From assembly GCA_951406725.2 (NCBI GenBank), contig OX597819.1, forward strand, positions 60,264,001-60,328,000: 64,000 nt of DNA, read 5' to 3'. A model generated the notes under the pieces. That model was not told the origin of the DNA, searched no databases, and saw only the letters and a list, made by a program, of their open reading frames with translations. Shown here piece by piece: positions 1 to 15,429 of the stretch (position 1 is its first letter; each line of letters starts with the position of its first letter). A program made the position numbers and the translations under genes. This DNA comes from Octopus vulgaris. Lineage: Eukaryota.

Positions 1-1640
1 AACCAAGAAGAAAGCAACAAGAATGGATTAGTTGTTCAGTACAATTGTTTCATACGAAGAACAGCTTTATTAAAAGCTGCAAATATTGCAGCAAATACAA
101 GTGTCCCGTATTCATCAGCCAAAACACATATGAGTTTTCCAAACATCCTAGGGGGTGAGGCTACACTCATGAAGTATCGACGAGAGTTCTATGAAAAGCA
201 AAGTTAGATTGTAAGCAGACTTCAAATGTTCTCTAATGATGCACAGTTTTATAAAAGGTTTTTAAAAAAGTTTGTTAGCTTCACAGAAAAGGTAAATCCA
301 TCCATAATAATGCAGGTGTAATTTCCGGAGATATGAGGAGAGATTTTATACTCAGAGAAGATGAATGTATCCATAATAATGTAGATGTAATTTCCTGATA
401 TATGAGAAGATGTTGATCACACTTCTATTCGTTTCACAAAACTACTATGTTGGAAGAAGCGATTGGCTAAAAGAAGTCAGTGAAGCAAAAACCGCCCAAA
501 TAAGGACATTATGGGACATTATGGGAGGAAGGGGGTGTAAGTACACAACTTACAAAGTTTATTTTATTTCTGTGGTGACAGAAAATCTAGGTCAGTGTTG
601 CAGGAATCTGAGATTTATAATATATAAAAGAGAACATTATTTTTGACCATCATACAGCTATTAACTGCCACACCTACAGACTTAATGGAGGGTATAAGAA
701 TATAAAGAGAACAAAAGAAAGTATCAAAGGGGTCAAAGGCTATCAGTAGAGGAAAATACATTAAGAAATTTAAGTGCAACACTAGAACAGGAGGTTATTT
801 ATTTATTTATTTATTATTGTTTCTATTTATACTAATGTTTATACATTGTAAGACAGACTTTAGGTCTATACCTAGAGGTCAATTAATTTCTATAGTAAAA
901 GGTGTGAGAGTATTGTTTATTCAAAATATAGTGAAAATTATAGTGAAAATTCTTTATATTATTATTAAGGGAGTAGCATTACTTATTAAACTTAGAATAG
1001 AATTAGGGATTATTAGCAATTTATTTGATTTAAGTTGGGTTAATTAAATTAAATTAACTATATAGTCAATTAAAATTTTGGCAACGTACAAATACTATTT
1101 GTATCTTTGTGTTCTAAAACAGGTACAGTTAGAAAGAAAGAACACCAGTGGAAGAGCTCACAGATATCTATTTAAAATATATATTAGAGTTTTGCTTTTT
1201 TTGTAAAAACAAGATAGACCTAGCTCTATGCGATTTTTATTTAAAATATTTAAGAGTCTTGATTTTTGAGTGAATACAAGAGTGACCTAATTCGATACGG
1301 TTATTTAACAAATTTTTATTTTTATTTTTTTATTTATTTATTTATTTTTTTTCTGTGCCTTAAAATTTCATATGTCTCCATGGAGCAGTGTTGGCAACCT
1401 ACCCTGTTATTTCTATAAGGCATCGCTCTTCTAACTATTTCCCAATTAAGGTTATATTTAATATTATTATTTTTGAGTTCCCACATCTTACTTGAAAGTG
1501 TGGTGCAACCAGCTTTATGACGTAACTTAAATGAGGAGATATGGTTGCTAACTCTTTGTTTAAATTTTATAGTACAACCCAAATAAAAAAATTTGGTATT
1601 CTCAGTAGTTATGGTACATTTATAGATTACGTTATTGACC
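1..1640 (-). mobile_element. Penelope-like element 3' part (GIY-YIG endonuclease remnant plus pLTR/3' UTR)
   Basis: Minus strand ~1250-1640 reads NVIYKCTI...(frameshift)[17 protein letters not shown]...TTLSSKMWELK...LNWEIV...CQHCSMETYEI...LLNNRIEL, typical of the PLE GIY-YIG C-terminus. A hammerhead motif lies downstream at 33-127. Confidence 0.75.
33..127 (-). ncRNA. Type I hammerhead ribozyme motif (Penelope pLTR)
   Basis: Minus strand: uguuuugg CUGAUGA auacg[...]cguau GAAAC aauu GUA cugaaca. Stem II is AUACG/CGUAU and stem III is the palindrome ACAAUUGU. Confidence 0.65.
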
Positions 1641-1701
1641 CCACATATATTTATATATACATATGTATATATATATGTGTATATATATGTATATATATAT
1701 G

Positions 1702-1732
<31 letters not shown>

Positions 1733-1769
1733 GTATATATACCTATATATATATATACATATGTATATT

Positions 1770-1802
<33 letters not shown>

Positions 1803-1834
1803 ATACGTATATATATATATATACATATATATAC

Positions 1835-1875
<41 letters not shown>

Positions 1876-1892
1876 CATACATATAATTGTAC

Positions 1893-1929
<37 letters not shown>

Positions 1930-1930
1930 C
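1640..1930. repeat. Interrupted (TA)n microsatellite
   Basis: Directly visible. Confidence 0.95.
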
Positions 1931-2180
1931 GTATATAATTGTTATTCTACCAATTATATACGCTTTTATTATTTTTTTGCAATTTACTTAATTATTGATA
2001 TATTATTGTTATTTTAATTTTAATATTTTTATTATATGTAATTTTCTAGATGGTGTAATTTAATTGTTCATTTTGAATTGATAAAAGGTGTTTTTTTTCT
2101 AATTTTTATAAATATATTATATTGTGTGAAATTTGATTCAGTATTTCTAAATTGAATTTTTTTTCCCTGTAAGTTTGGAT
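1930..2180 (+). repeat. AT-rich interspersed repeat, second copy at ~12660-12840
   Basis: Both copies share ttattctacca..tatatacg..ttttattatt and gaattgataaaaggtgtttttttctaatt. Confidence 0.7.
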
Positions 2181-2879
2181 TAATATTCCCTCAAATAATA
2201 ATAATAATAATAATAATAATTATTATTATTATTATTATCATGCATGCATGCATGCATCCATGCATGCATGCATGATAATAATAATACATACATACATACA
2301 TACATACACATACATACATACACACACATACACACATACATACATACATACATACATACATACATACATACATACACACATACATAGCCTATTGTCCCAC
2401 ATGTCTTTTGAAATCACCTGCTCTGATAGTGAATTGACTGTCATTCATTACTACAAGTGGGTCTCATAGTAACATTGTTTTATAAACATAGAGATAACTG
2501 TCGATGTTGTGTTAGCCATGGCAAACCTAAGTTTAATCAATCTATCACCTGATTTGATTATCTCAATTACTTTATCAAATTTTGTTTACAATCAATATGC
2601 CTATTCTATTTATCCTGTTGCTGATATTCACCCAGAAGTATTTGTGCCTCTGTTTCTTCTTTGAAGGAATCTATATGAGTCTTATCTCCAGCTTATCTTT
2701 TATACACAATTCACGTCTGTTTGCTTCCAGTCCAACATCTCTACAATATTTCCAGACCTACATTTCATGATGGCAGCTGTAAAAGTTATGAACTTCATAG
2801 GAAAAAGAGGAGTTTCCTATGTTCAATCTGTCCTTTTGTTGTTATTGTTATGTGTGGTGGGGGTATTAATATAAGTGTC

Positions 2880-5474
<2,595 letters not shown>

Positions 5475-5475
<1 letters not shown>

Positions 5476-5833
5476 TTGTAAATTAGAACAAACAGTAAAA
5501 GGATGTCATTATAGGTGAAAATAGAAAAAAAGATAAAAATTTGTAAAATATATATATATAAAAATATATACACAACCATATTCTCACAATACATAGACAT
5601 AAACCTCCTGCGTTCACATCTATGTACACACTCACACAGACGTATACATACATGCACACACACACTCACACAAACATGTATGTACGTACTCATACATACA
5701 CATATCCACACACACACACACACACATGTATATTTGTATCCTCATATACACATAGGTGCTTGTATGCATACACGTAACATAATACATATATATTTTGACA
5801 TTTATCCTTGTAAATATACGTGTGTATATATGT

Positions 5834-5864
<31 letters not shown>

Positions 5865-7110
5865 CACATACGCACACACACATATACTTATACACATGCA
5901 CACACACACACATACATACATACACCCATACACATACACACACACATACCTACATACTCCTATACGCACATACACACATACACACTCACACACATACACA
6001 CTCACACAAACATACACGCACACATACTTACACACACACTCGCCTGCACGCGCACACACATGCATGACAAACACCCATACACTCACACTCACATACGCAC
6101 ACACCAACATAAACACACCTACACTCCCACACACATACATACGCACCTACATACACACACGCACGCATACACACGCACACACACGCATACACACATACAT
6201 TACACACGTACACACACACAAACATGCACGGACACACCCAGACATACATACATACACCTATACACACACGCCCACACACCTACATACACACACATACACG
6301 GACACACCCATACATACTTACATACATACACCTATACACACACGCCTACACACCTACATACACACACATGCATACACACACATACATGTACGCACATACA
6401 CACACATATACGCACATACATATATACCCACACACATGCACACACACACATACGCACATGCATGCATGCATGCACACGCGCACACCTACATGCATACATG
6501 CATACATGCATACACACACACACACGCACGTACACATACATACATACACACACACATACATACACCCATACACATACATGCATCCTACACACACATACAT
6601 ACACACTCACACATACATACACACACACACACTCACTCACACACCTGTATGTACGCGCACACACATGCACATACACACACTTCCACACACCCACACGTAC
6701 ATACATACACACTCATACACACACACACACACACGGACATACATCTATGCACACACATATATACACACATACTTACATACATTCATCGGGCACACTGACA
6801 CCCAGACATACACACAGACACACTCACACATCCACACACACACATACTTACACACACACATACTTACACACACACTTGCAGGCGCGCGCACGCATACGTG
6901 CATGCATGCACCTCGCTCTTGGACCCGACGAGATCTCCGGCTCGTTTCTGGGGCCGTCGCCTGTCGTAGGGTTCTCCCACGCCCGTCTCCGCGGGACCAC
7001 TCTTCCATCTTCCCCCCAGCTGGAGTCCTTTTTCCTTATAACCCCCCCTTTTTTGTTACACACACGCGCACACATACATACACCCACTCACATACACACA
7101 TTTGCTTAAA
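5475..7110 (-). repeat. Interspersed repeat end (inverted copy of 12180-12520) followed by a degenerate (CA)n-rich tract
   Basis: 5515-5720 is the reverse complement of 12180-12370 (gcaggaggtttatgtctatgtatt.tgagaatatgg); 5720-7110 is cryptic CA repeat. Confidence 0.7.
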
Positions 7111-7419
7111 TATATACATTACTCTTACACACACTTCAAATCTACTCGCCATACATACAACTACGACACTGGACACACACACACTACCACTCAACACACA
7201 CGCTGGCACGTTACATACGCCCCCACCCCCTTCCCCTCCCTCCCTTCCTCCTTCCTTCATTTTTTTACTACTGACCACTGTCTGCTATGCCTACTACTGT
7301 TCGCCCTACCTCACACGCCTACACACAGACGCACACACTAACATATACATATATTTTTTGTTTTTTTTATCTCGCCATACACACACGCACACACTCACAC
7401 ATACACACACATCTGTTGC

Positions 7420-7712
7420 GTTACCAACCCTGTCTCCACTCTTTTGGCTTTAAAAACCTACTTTGCTCTTGTTATCGTAAAATTCCGCCTTTCACCATGT
7501 GTACTTCGTAAACACCAGTCGTTTTTTTCTCCCTCTTGTTGCCCACCTTGGGATCTTTCTTTCCTCTCTCTTCCTTCTTTATGTTTCCGACGAAGAGCTC
7601 CGCTCGAAACGTCATACCTTCCTGCTTCCATCTTTCCTGAGCGCCTATTAATAATAATACTGTAATTGTTCCACGTGTTGTTGTTTTTTCTGTTTTCCCG
7701 TTTGGATTAAAA
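7420..7712 (+). mobile_element. Penelope-like pLTR with minimal hammerhead (same family as 48300-48510)
   Basis: ttcctgagcg...ttgttccacgt...gtttggattaa matches the reverse complement of 48300-48380; hammerhead motif at 7581-7618. Confidence 0.6.
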
Positions 7713-7713
7713 T

Positions 7714-7758
<45 letters not shown>

Positions 7759-7767
7759 GTGTGTGTG

Positions 7768-10146
7768 TATCATCATCATCATCATCATCATCATCGTTTA
7801 ACGTCCGCTAGCATGGGTTGGACGGTTCAACTGGGGTCTGGCAAGCCCGAAGGCTACACCAGGCCAGTCAGATCTGGCAGTGTTTATACAGCTGGATGCC
7901 CTTCCTAACGCCTAACAGTGTAGTGGGTGATTTTATGTGCCACCGACACAGGTGCCAGACGAGGCTGGCAGACGGCCACGCTCAGATGGTGTTTTTTATG
8001 TGCCACCGACACAGGTGCCAGACGAGGCTGGCAGACGGCCACGCTCGGATATGGTGTTTTCGGTGTTTTTCTTATGTGCCACCGACACAGGTGCCAGACG
8101 AGGCTGGCGAACGGCTACGATCGGATGGTGTTTGTTACGTGCCCACGGCACGGAGGCCAGTCGATGCGGTACTGGCTACGGTCCCGTTCGGATGGTTTTC
8201 TTATGTGCCACCGGCACTGGTACCACAAGGATACAAATTCCATTGATGTTCATCTATTTTGATTTGGTTTGACTTGATTCGATTTGACTTTGATTTGATT
8301 TGCCTCAACAGGTCTTCACAAGTGTCACAAGCAGGAAGGTATGCATAGGTGGACTGACTACGTCCCAGGTAGGGGCCACGGGTTATGGCTTCACTAGTCT
8401 TGCCGGGTCTTCTCATGCACAGCATACTTCCATAGGTCTCGGTCTCTAGTCATTTCCATGGTGAGACCTAACGTTCGAAGGTCGTGCTTCACCACCTCAT
8501 CCCAGGTTTTCCTGGGTCTACCTCTTCCACGGGTTCCCTCAACTGCTAGGGATTTGGCACTTTCTTACACACCTATCTTCATCCATTCTAGCCACATGAC
8601 CATACCAGCGCAATCGTCTCTCTTGCACGCAACAACTGATGCTTCTTAGGTACAACATTTCTCTCAGGGAACTAACGCTCTGTCGAGTAAGTACACTGAC
8701 ATTACACATCCATCGGAGCATACTGGCTTCATTCCTCATGAGCTTACGCATGTCCTCAGCAGTCACGGCCCATGTTTCACTGCCATGTAGCATGGCAGTT
8801 CAAACACATGCATCATACAGTCTGCCCTTTACTCTGAGCGAGAGGCCTTTAGTCACCAGCAGAGGTAAGAGCTCCCTAAACTTTGCCCAGGCTATTCTTA
8901 TTCTAGCAGTTACACTCTCAGTGCACCCACCCCCACTACTGACTTGGTCACCTAGATGACGGAAGCTATCAACTACTTCTAATTTTTTCCCCTGGAAAGT
9001 GACGGAAGTTGTTTTCTGCAGATTTTCGGAGGTCAATGCTCCCGAGCATCTGCCACATATAAAAACTATCTTCCCAGTTAGCCTACCTTTGACATTGCTG
9101 CACCTCTTATGTGTCCATAGCTTACACTGGGTACATCTTATAGAGTTTCTACCTACACCTTTTCTACAGATCGAGGAGGGCCATCTTCCTGAGGACATTT
9201 GTGGATTGCCTACCTTTCTACTTATTAGTACTTTGGTTTTAGCTAGGTTGACTCTAAGGCCCCTCGATTCTAAACCCTCCTTCCACACCTGGAACTTCTC
9301 CTCCAGTTCTGATAGTGACTCAGCAATTAGAGCGAGGTCGTCAGCATAGAGGAGCTCCCAGGGGCAACCTGTCTTGAATTCCTCTGTTATTGCCTGGAGG
9401 ACTATGATAAATAGGAGGGGGCTGAGTACTGAACCCTGGTGGACCCCAACCTCTACTTTGAATTCTTCTGTGTACATGTTGCCAACCCTAACCTTGCTTA
9501 CGGCATCTCTGTACATGGCTTGCACAGCCCTCACCAGCCATTCATCTATCCCTAGTTTCCTCATTGACCACCAGATGAGGGATCGGGGGACCCTATCAAA
9601 GGCTTTCTCCATGTCAACAAAAGCCAGGTACAGGGGCTTATCTTTGGCTAGGTATTTCTCCTGCAGCTGCCTTACCAGGAATATAGCATCAGTGGTGCTT
9701 TTCCCTGGCACAAACCCAAACTGCATCTCATCTAAACTAACTCTCTCTCTAATTAGTTGGGCTATGACCCTCTCCATAACCTTCATTACCTGATCCAACA
9801 GCTTGATACCTCTGTAATTATTTGTATCTAGGGCATCACCTTTACCTTTGTAGCAGTTGACTAGTACGCTGCTACACCAGTCATTGGGTATGACTCCTTC
9901 GTGTATCACCTGGTTGACTATACGGGTGACTAGGTTATAGCCGACACTGCCAGATATTTTGAGCATCTCTGCAGTAATTCCTGATGGGCCTGGGGCTTTC
10001 CCTGTCTTCATGCTTCTAATTGCCTTAGCTACCACGGAACTATCAACTCGGATAGCTGGTCCCTCTGTTGGGTCAACATTCGGCAGACTCTCTTTATCCC
10101 ATTCATTTTCTTTATTCAGCAACCTTTCATAGTGGCATCTCCAAAC

Positions 10147-10150
<4 letters not shown>
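7768..10150 (-). mobile_element. 5'-truncated RTE-clade LINE (RT, long 3' UTR, (GAT)n tail)
   Basis: RT motifs KAPGPSGI, NYRGIKLL, QFGFVPGKSTTDAIF, FVDMEKAFDRV, GVHQGSVLSPLLF, LLYADD; RTE C-terminus LHGSETW...RLRWYGHVARM...RGRGRPRKTW. The 3' UTR carries tandem units and ends in (GAT)n. Confidence 0.93.
8394..10150 (-). pseudogene. RTE reverse transcriptase ORF, frameshifted near 8800 and 8545; APE domain missing
   Basis: ORF-track pieces 8800-10260 and 8539-8793 are consecutive parts of one protein. The annotated N-terminus (10150-10260) is microsatellite. Confidence 0.88.
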
Positions 10151-10234
<84 letters not shown>

Positions 10235-10242
10235 ATATATAT

Positions 10243-10472
10243 ATCATCATCATTTAGCATCCGTTTTCCATGCTAGCATGGGTTGGATGGTTTAACTGGG
10301 GTCTGTGAAGCCGGAAGGCTTCATCAGGCCCAGTCAGATTTGGCAGTGTTTCTACGGCTGGATGCCCTTCCAAACGCCAACCACTCCATGAGTGTAGTGG
10401 GTGCTTTTTACGTGCCACCTGCACAGGTGCCAGACAGAGCTGGCAAACGGCCACGAACGGATGGTGTTTTTA
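10243..10472 (-). mobile_element. RTE 3'-end fragment
   Basis: Same tail as 7768-7990 (ggatgcccttcc.aacgccaaccactcc, (CAT)n). Confidence 0.85.
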
Positions 10473-11202
10473 CATATATATATATATGTATATATATATG
10501 TATATATATATATGTATGTATATATATATATATGTATATATATATATGTATATATATATATTACGGAGATGTACTTGCATAACAAGTGATCTGATCTGAG
10601 ATTGTGTGCTGGAACGAAAACAGTTGCAGCATGGATGGTGTTTATAAACCATTTAAGAAACACACAAAATCCATTAGATTCACTTCATTTAAATTTAATT
10701 TGTCAAAATATTTTCATTGCTTTGAGAGTGAACAGCTCTATGTACTATGCTGGATACATTTTGGTGTTCATCTGGTATGTTGATTGTTTTGTTCATTGAT
10801 TATGCCTGCACTGAAGATTAAAAAGTGCATTTTGTGCACTAATTATGAAATCATATGATCTGTGGAAGTAATGCAGTACAATCGTTTCATGCAACTCCAT
10901 TTAATTGAATAATGCAATCATTACATCAATTTAAATTGCAGAGCAATCTTCAGCTGCACAAAGATATAGAATTTAATTAAATTAGAACAGATGGACACAT
11001 TTGTATAATTATACCTAAAATCTCCAAGAAGTTAAGGAGATAGACAAAGAACATGCTATCTCACTCCAGTTTTGAAGTTACTGAATTTTCAAGAAGATAT
11101 ATATTGTTACAGATTCTGCCTGTCACTTATTTGTATACATATATATATATGTATGTATGCAGGAGTGCAAATGTATGTCTGTATATATATATAAATATAT
11201 AT

Positions 11203-11659
11203 ATTGCAGACCAAGCTTTCCCCATTCACTATACGAGCCATGCGCTTTCGCACAGCTCGCTTAAGTTCTTCATGCTGGATACGTGCTCTCTCAAAAGTAT
11301 CGATCCCCTCCTTAATCTGCTTCCTCCATCTGTGGTGATGACAGGCATTGTTCTCCCAGTCAGTGTCCTGCATATCGAAGGCCTTTAACGAGGACTTGAC
11401 ACAGTCCTTAAATCGCAGCCTTGGTTTCTGCCGGAGTCTCCTTCCATTCACAAGTTCTCCATAGAGCATCTACTTAGGAATCCTTCTATCCTCCATTCTA
11501 ATAATGTTTGCAGTCGTGTATGCTTGTCAAGAGCAGGGCTCATTAGCCACCAACGGAGCCGCAAATGCAAAATATAAGTTAGTCCTAGAGTGCACAATGT
11601 TCCTGAAGGTTGGCAATGGTCTTCCTTGGTCACGAGTGGACGGCCATCATCATCATCAT
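11203..11659. mobile_element. RTE/BovB-like LINE 3' end with an inverted 5' segment
   Basis: Minus 11203-11506 reads IIRMEDRRIPK*MLYGELVNGRR...RFKD...ESLVCN. Plus 11503-11659 continues NVCSRVCLSRAGLISHQRS...* and ends in a (CAT)n tail. Confidence 0.8.
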
Positions 11660-11677
11660 ATATATATATATATATAT

Positions 11678-11726
<49 letters not shown>

Positions 11727-11799
11727 CATGTTATGTGTGTGCATGTAAGCACCTAAGTGTATATGAGGATGAGGTTGCGTACATATCTTTTCTTTTAAA

Positions 11800-12130
11800 C
11801 ACCCTTTGGTCATGAATGACCATGGGATTGCACCTAGAAAGTTACCCTCCAAGGCACAAGTTCGAGCAAGGTTGTTTGTGGAAGGCCAGCAGTCACCCAT
11901 GCATACCATCCACCCCTCTCCACGCCACTGATTTTATCCAAGGGAAAAGCAAAGGCTGATACAGCTTGGCACCAGTGATGTCGCAACTTATTTCTACAGC
12001 TGAGTTAACTGGAGCAGCATAAAATAAAGTGTCTTGTTGAAGAATAGAACATGCAGCCCGGTCCGGGAATTGAACTCACAACCTCACGATCGTAAGCTCA
12101 ATGCTCTAACCACTGAACCATGTGCCTTCA
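11800..12130 (-). mobile_element. tRNA-derived SINE (family C)
   Basis: Minus head ggcacatggttcagtggttagagc...gagttcaattcc with A/B boxes; related copies at 22740, 26930, 34032, 44636 and 49035. Confidence 0.75.
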
Positions 12131-12136
12131 CTGCGT

Positions 12137-12179
<43 letters not shown>

Positions 12180-12840
12180 CACGTGTGCATATGTGTGTGG
12201 ATATGTGTATGTATGAGTACATGCATACATATATTTTTGTGTGCATGTATGTATACATGTTTGTGTGAGTTTATGTGTGTAGTTGTGAATGCAGGAGGTT
12301 TATGTCTATGTATTTTGAGAATATGGGTACGTATATTTTTTATAATAATTGATATCTTTTTATCTTTTTCCACCAATTAGAGTTATTTCCCTTACACTTA
12401 ACAGTTTTTGTAGCATCTGTTGCATTGGCAACAGATGCTAGGAGAATGTATTGTAGTTCTTCGCTCCGGCATTCGAAACTCTGAGTACTATAATGACAAC
12501 CTTGTTCTAATTTATAACATATGTAAATAATCCTCTATTTCTCTAATATCAATGTCTCATGCTTTTGTTGTTACATTTTATTATTATTATCATCATCATC
12601 ATTATTATATATATATATAATAATAATAATAATATATAATGATAATTTATATATTATATAACGAAACGTGTCATTATTCTACCAAATATATACGTTTTAT
12701 TTATTATTTTGCACACTACTTAATTATTGTTATATGTTTTATCTTATATTTAATCTTTCTATAAGATGTAAATTTTCTAAATGGCATAATTTGATTTTTC
12801 ATTATTGAATTGATAAAAGGTGTTTTTTTTCTAATTCATA
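12180..12840 (+). mobile_element. Penelope-like 3' UTR/pLTR remnant with the 3' half of a hammerhead
   Basis: ctccggcattc GAAAC tctga GTA ctataat at ~12465-12495; the CUGAUGA side is replaced by a 13-bp hairpin tagcatctgttgc/gcaacagatgcta. Confidence 0.45.
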
Positions 12841-13092
12841 TATATATATATTCAATTATGAATTACAAGCAGCTGGTGATATATAAACAAAATCAAACAC
12901 ATACTTTGTGTATGTGTGTTCCATTTTGTTTATATATATATATATGTTGACAATTATGTAGAAATGAAACTAACAGGCATTGGGCCATATAGTAGAAGAC
13001 ATTTACCCAAGGTGACATGCAATGCAATTGAGCTCAAAACCATGTTGTGGGAAGTAAACTTTTAAACCACACAACCACACTTGTGTTATCAT

Positions 13093-13134
<42 letters not shown>

Positions 13135-13371
13135 CAAGCTTCTTTCAGTTTCTGTCTACCAAATCCACTCACAAAGCTTTGTCCAGCTCAGGATTGTAGT
13201 GGATGATAGTTGTCCTAGGTGCCATGCAGTGGATCCAAACCTGAAACGATGTAGTTGGAAAGCAAACTGTTTTACCATACAGCCCTGCTTGCACTTTATT
13301 CATTTTAACATTGAAATTACAATAAATGTAAACAAACTAATGTCTGTTTTAGAAGCGTTGAAATGTATTGT

Positions 13372-13606
13372 GAGATACAAATAAGATGATAATTTATTCT
13401 CAAACTCATAAATGCCGATAGAACAACAGAGACTGGATAAAATATCTATACAAAGGTGAAAAATTTGTCAGCAATCAGCCATGAAGTCAAGTCTCATGGC
13501 TAGTTGCTGACAAATTTTTCCACTTTTTATGGATATTTTATCCAGTCTCTGCTGTTCTGTCAGCATTTATGCATTTGAAAATAAATTATCGTCTTATTTG
13601 TATTTT
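13372..13606. repeat. Fold-back/MITE-like inverted repeat (~110-bp arms, ~9-nt loop)
   Basis: atacaaataagatgataatttatt...agccatga / tcatggct...aataaattatcgtcttatttgtat. Confidence 0.85.
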
Positions 13607-14295
13607 AACATTAATTTTTCCATGCACTCGTGGGTCAGACAGTTTATTGATGTTACCAGATCCCTGCCCCTGGTGCCCAGCCTACACTTGTTTTGAAACA
13701 AACATTTCCCCAAAGTCAGACATGATTTTGCAGAATATTGGAAACGAATGACACTGCTTTGACAGTGATGCTCATTTACAACCATTGTGTGATGTCAAGA
13801 CAAAAAGATAGATATATACATACTCATAGACACAGCATGGGCCTCTCCCAGTCTCCGTACATCTAATAGAAGAATGTCAAAGACTGGTGTCAGCAAACCG
13901 CATTTATTGGTTAGTTTACAGTTGTTTCATTAGCTTTAATAAAAAAAAAAAAAACTAGTGTTATGTCATATTGTTACCATGTCAACAACTGCTGCTTTAA
14001 ACAATTCCACAAAACATAGAGATAAATCAGTAGTTTTTGACAAGGTAATGGCACGACACAAGATTGGTTTTATTCAAGCTATTGAAGCAATTGTAAACTA
14101 AGCAATGAATTCAGTTTGCTAACTCCATTCTTTGATATTCTTTTATTATCTATAGTCTGTGGACATTTTGTGAATTTGAAGATAGCTAGCATCCGGAGAG
14201 ATTTCCCTTGCCTTTCTGCTTTCAAACTGCCACCATTCATGGGAGTGCTTCACGAAGTAAATGCCTGGATTACAATTCCCAATTCACCTGATATG

Positions 14296-14347
<52 letters not shown>

Positions 14348-14396
14348 GAGTTATAATTATTACTATTAATATATATATTTTGTTTTTCCACTTCAG

Positions 14397-14480
14397 TTCC
14401 ATTTATTAGCCTTTTCATAGGATTTTCCTCTGTAGCAATGCGAGGTGTATGTTCATCATTTGTATTGAAAGAAGAGCAAG
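14397..14480 (+). CDS. SLC46A3: Internal coding exon of an SLC46-family (PCFT/SLC46A3-like) MFS transporter
   Basis: Acceptor ttttgtttttccacttcag| and donor caag|gtaacc; 84 nt, phase 1-1. Encodes xPFISLFIGFSSVAMRGVCSSFVLKEEQ(G), matching the SLC46 R..lS..V...EQG motif. Paralogue assignment (A1 vs A3) is uncertain. Confidence 0.8.
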
Positions 14481-14547
14481 GTAACCATTTCTTTTCCCCA
14501 CTTTCCTTTCTCTTTTATTACTTTTTCTTCTCACAATTTTTTACCAA

Positions 14548-14862
14548 CATCATCATCATCATTTAACATGTGCGTTCCATGCTAACATGGGTGGGATGGT
14601 TTCACAAGAGCCGACCAGGTAGAAGCCTGCACCAGACTTTTGTGACTGTTTTGGCAGGATTTTTACAGCTAGATGCCCTTCCTAACATCAACCACTCAGC
14701 AGAGTGGACTTAGTGCTTTTTATGTGGCACAAGCACAGGTGAGGTCAGTTTTGGCAAGGTTTTTACAGCTCACTGCCCTTCCTAACATCAACCACTCAGC
14801 AGAGTGGACTGGGTGCTTTTAAGTGGCACCTGCACTGACAGGGTTACCAAGTACTTGCAAGA
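14548..14862 (-). mobile_element. RTE-type 3' end with an internal tandem duplication
   Basis: (CAT)n tail; gcccttcctaacatcaaccactcagcagagtggact occurs twice. Confidence 0.7.
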
Positions 14863-15429
14863 GAAACAAATAATTGTGTCTCTTAATTTATTAATCTATT
14901 ATTTGTATTAGCTCCTGGTCGGTTCTGATCACGTAAACCTATAATCAAAGACATAACTGGCATCAGATGCGTTAATGGTTTTTTTTTTTCATTCTCTCTA
15001 TTTATGTGTATGAAGCAAAAGAAAGTGTTTATGTCAGTTGCGTTCAATTAATAAATTGTAATCTCATTCTCATTTTATCTGCATGTATATATTTTTGCAC
15101 ACATGGCTCCAGCACTAAAAAAGTACTGTCCCTGAAACAGCCTGAATATCCATTTAGCCATATCAAATTGTCAGCATCCAAAGAACTGCACTCAGTCATC
15201 TCATTCTGTGCCTGCAATGAACATCTCTTGTATTTGTCACAAGCATTGTATATGTAAGACTTTAAGAGTGTGATATGAGGTTGATTTAATAGCTCTCTCT
15301 TGTAGGTTGAATAACCTTGTATAGTCTCTATCATGTGATGGTGATTGGGTTTTGGTCGAGTTCCTCATAACGTATGTGTGAAGAAAGAAACTACTAAAGT
15401 GAAAAATATTTCTTACAGGAGTAGACAAC

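Noticed and set aside
5515-7453. His/Thr-rich ORFs of ~400 aa
   Set aside because: Degenerate (CA)n microsatellite; open in several frames on both strands.
14156-14294. Candidate exon with AG/GT ends (CGHFVNLKIAS...PNSPD)
   Set aside because: It ends in phase 2, incompatible with the phase-1 SLC46 exon downstream, and shows no SLC46 similarity.
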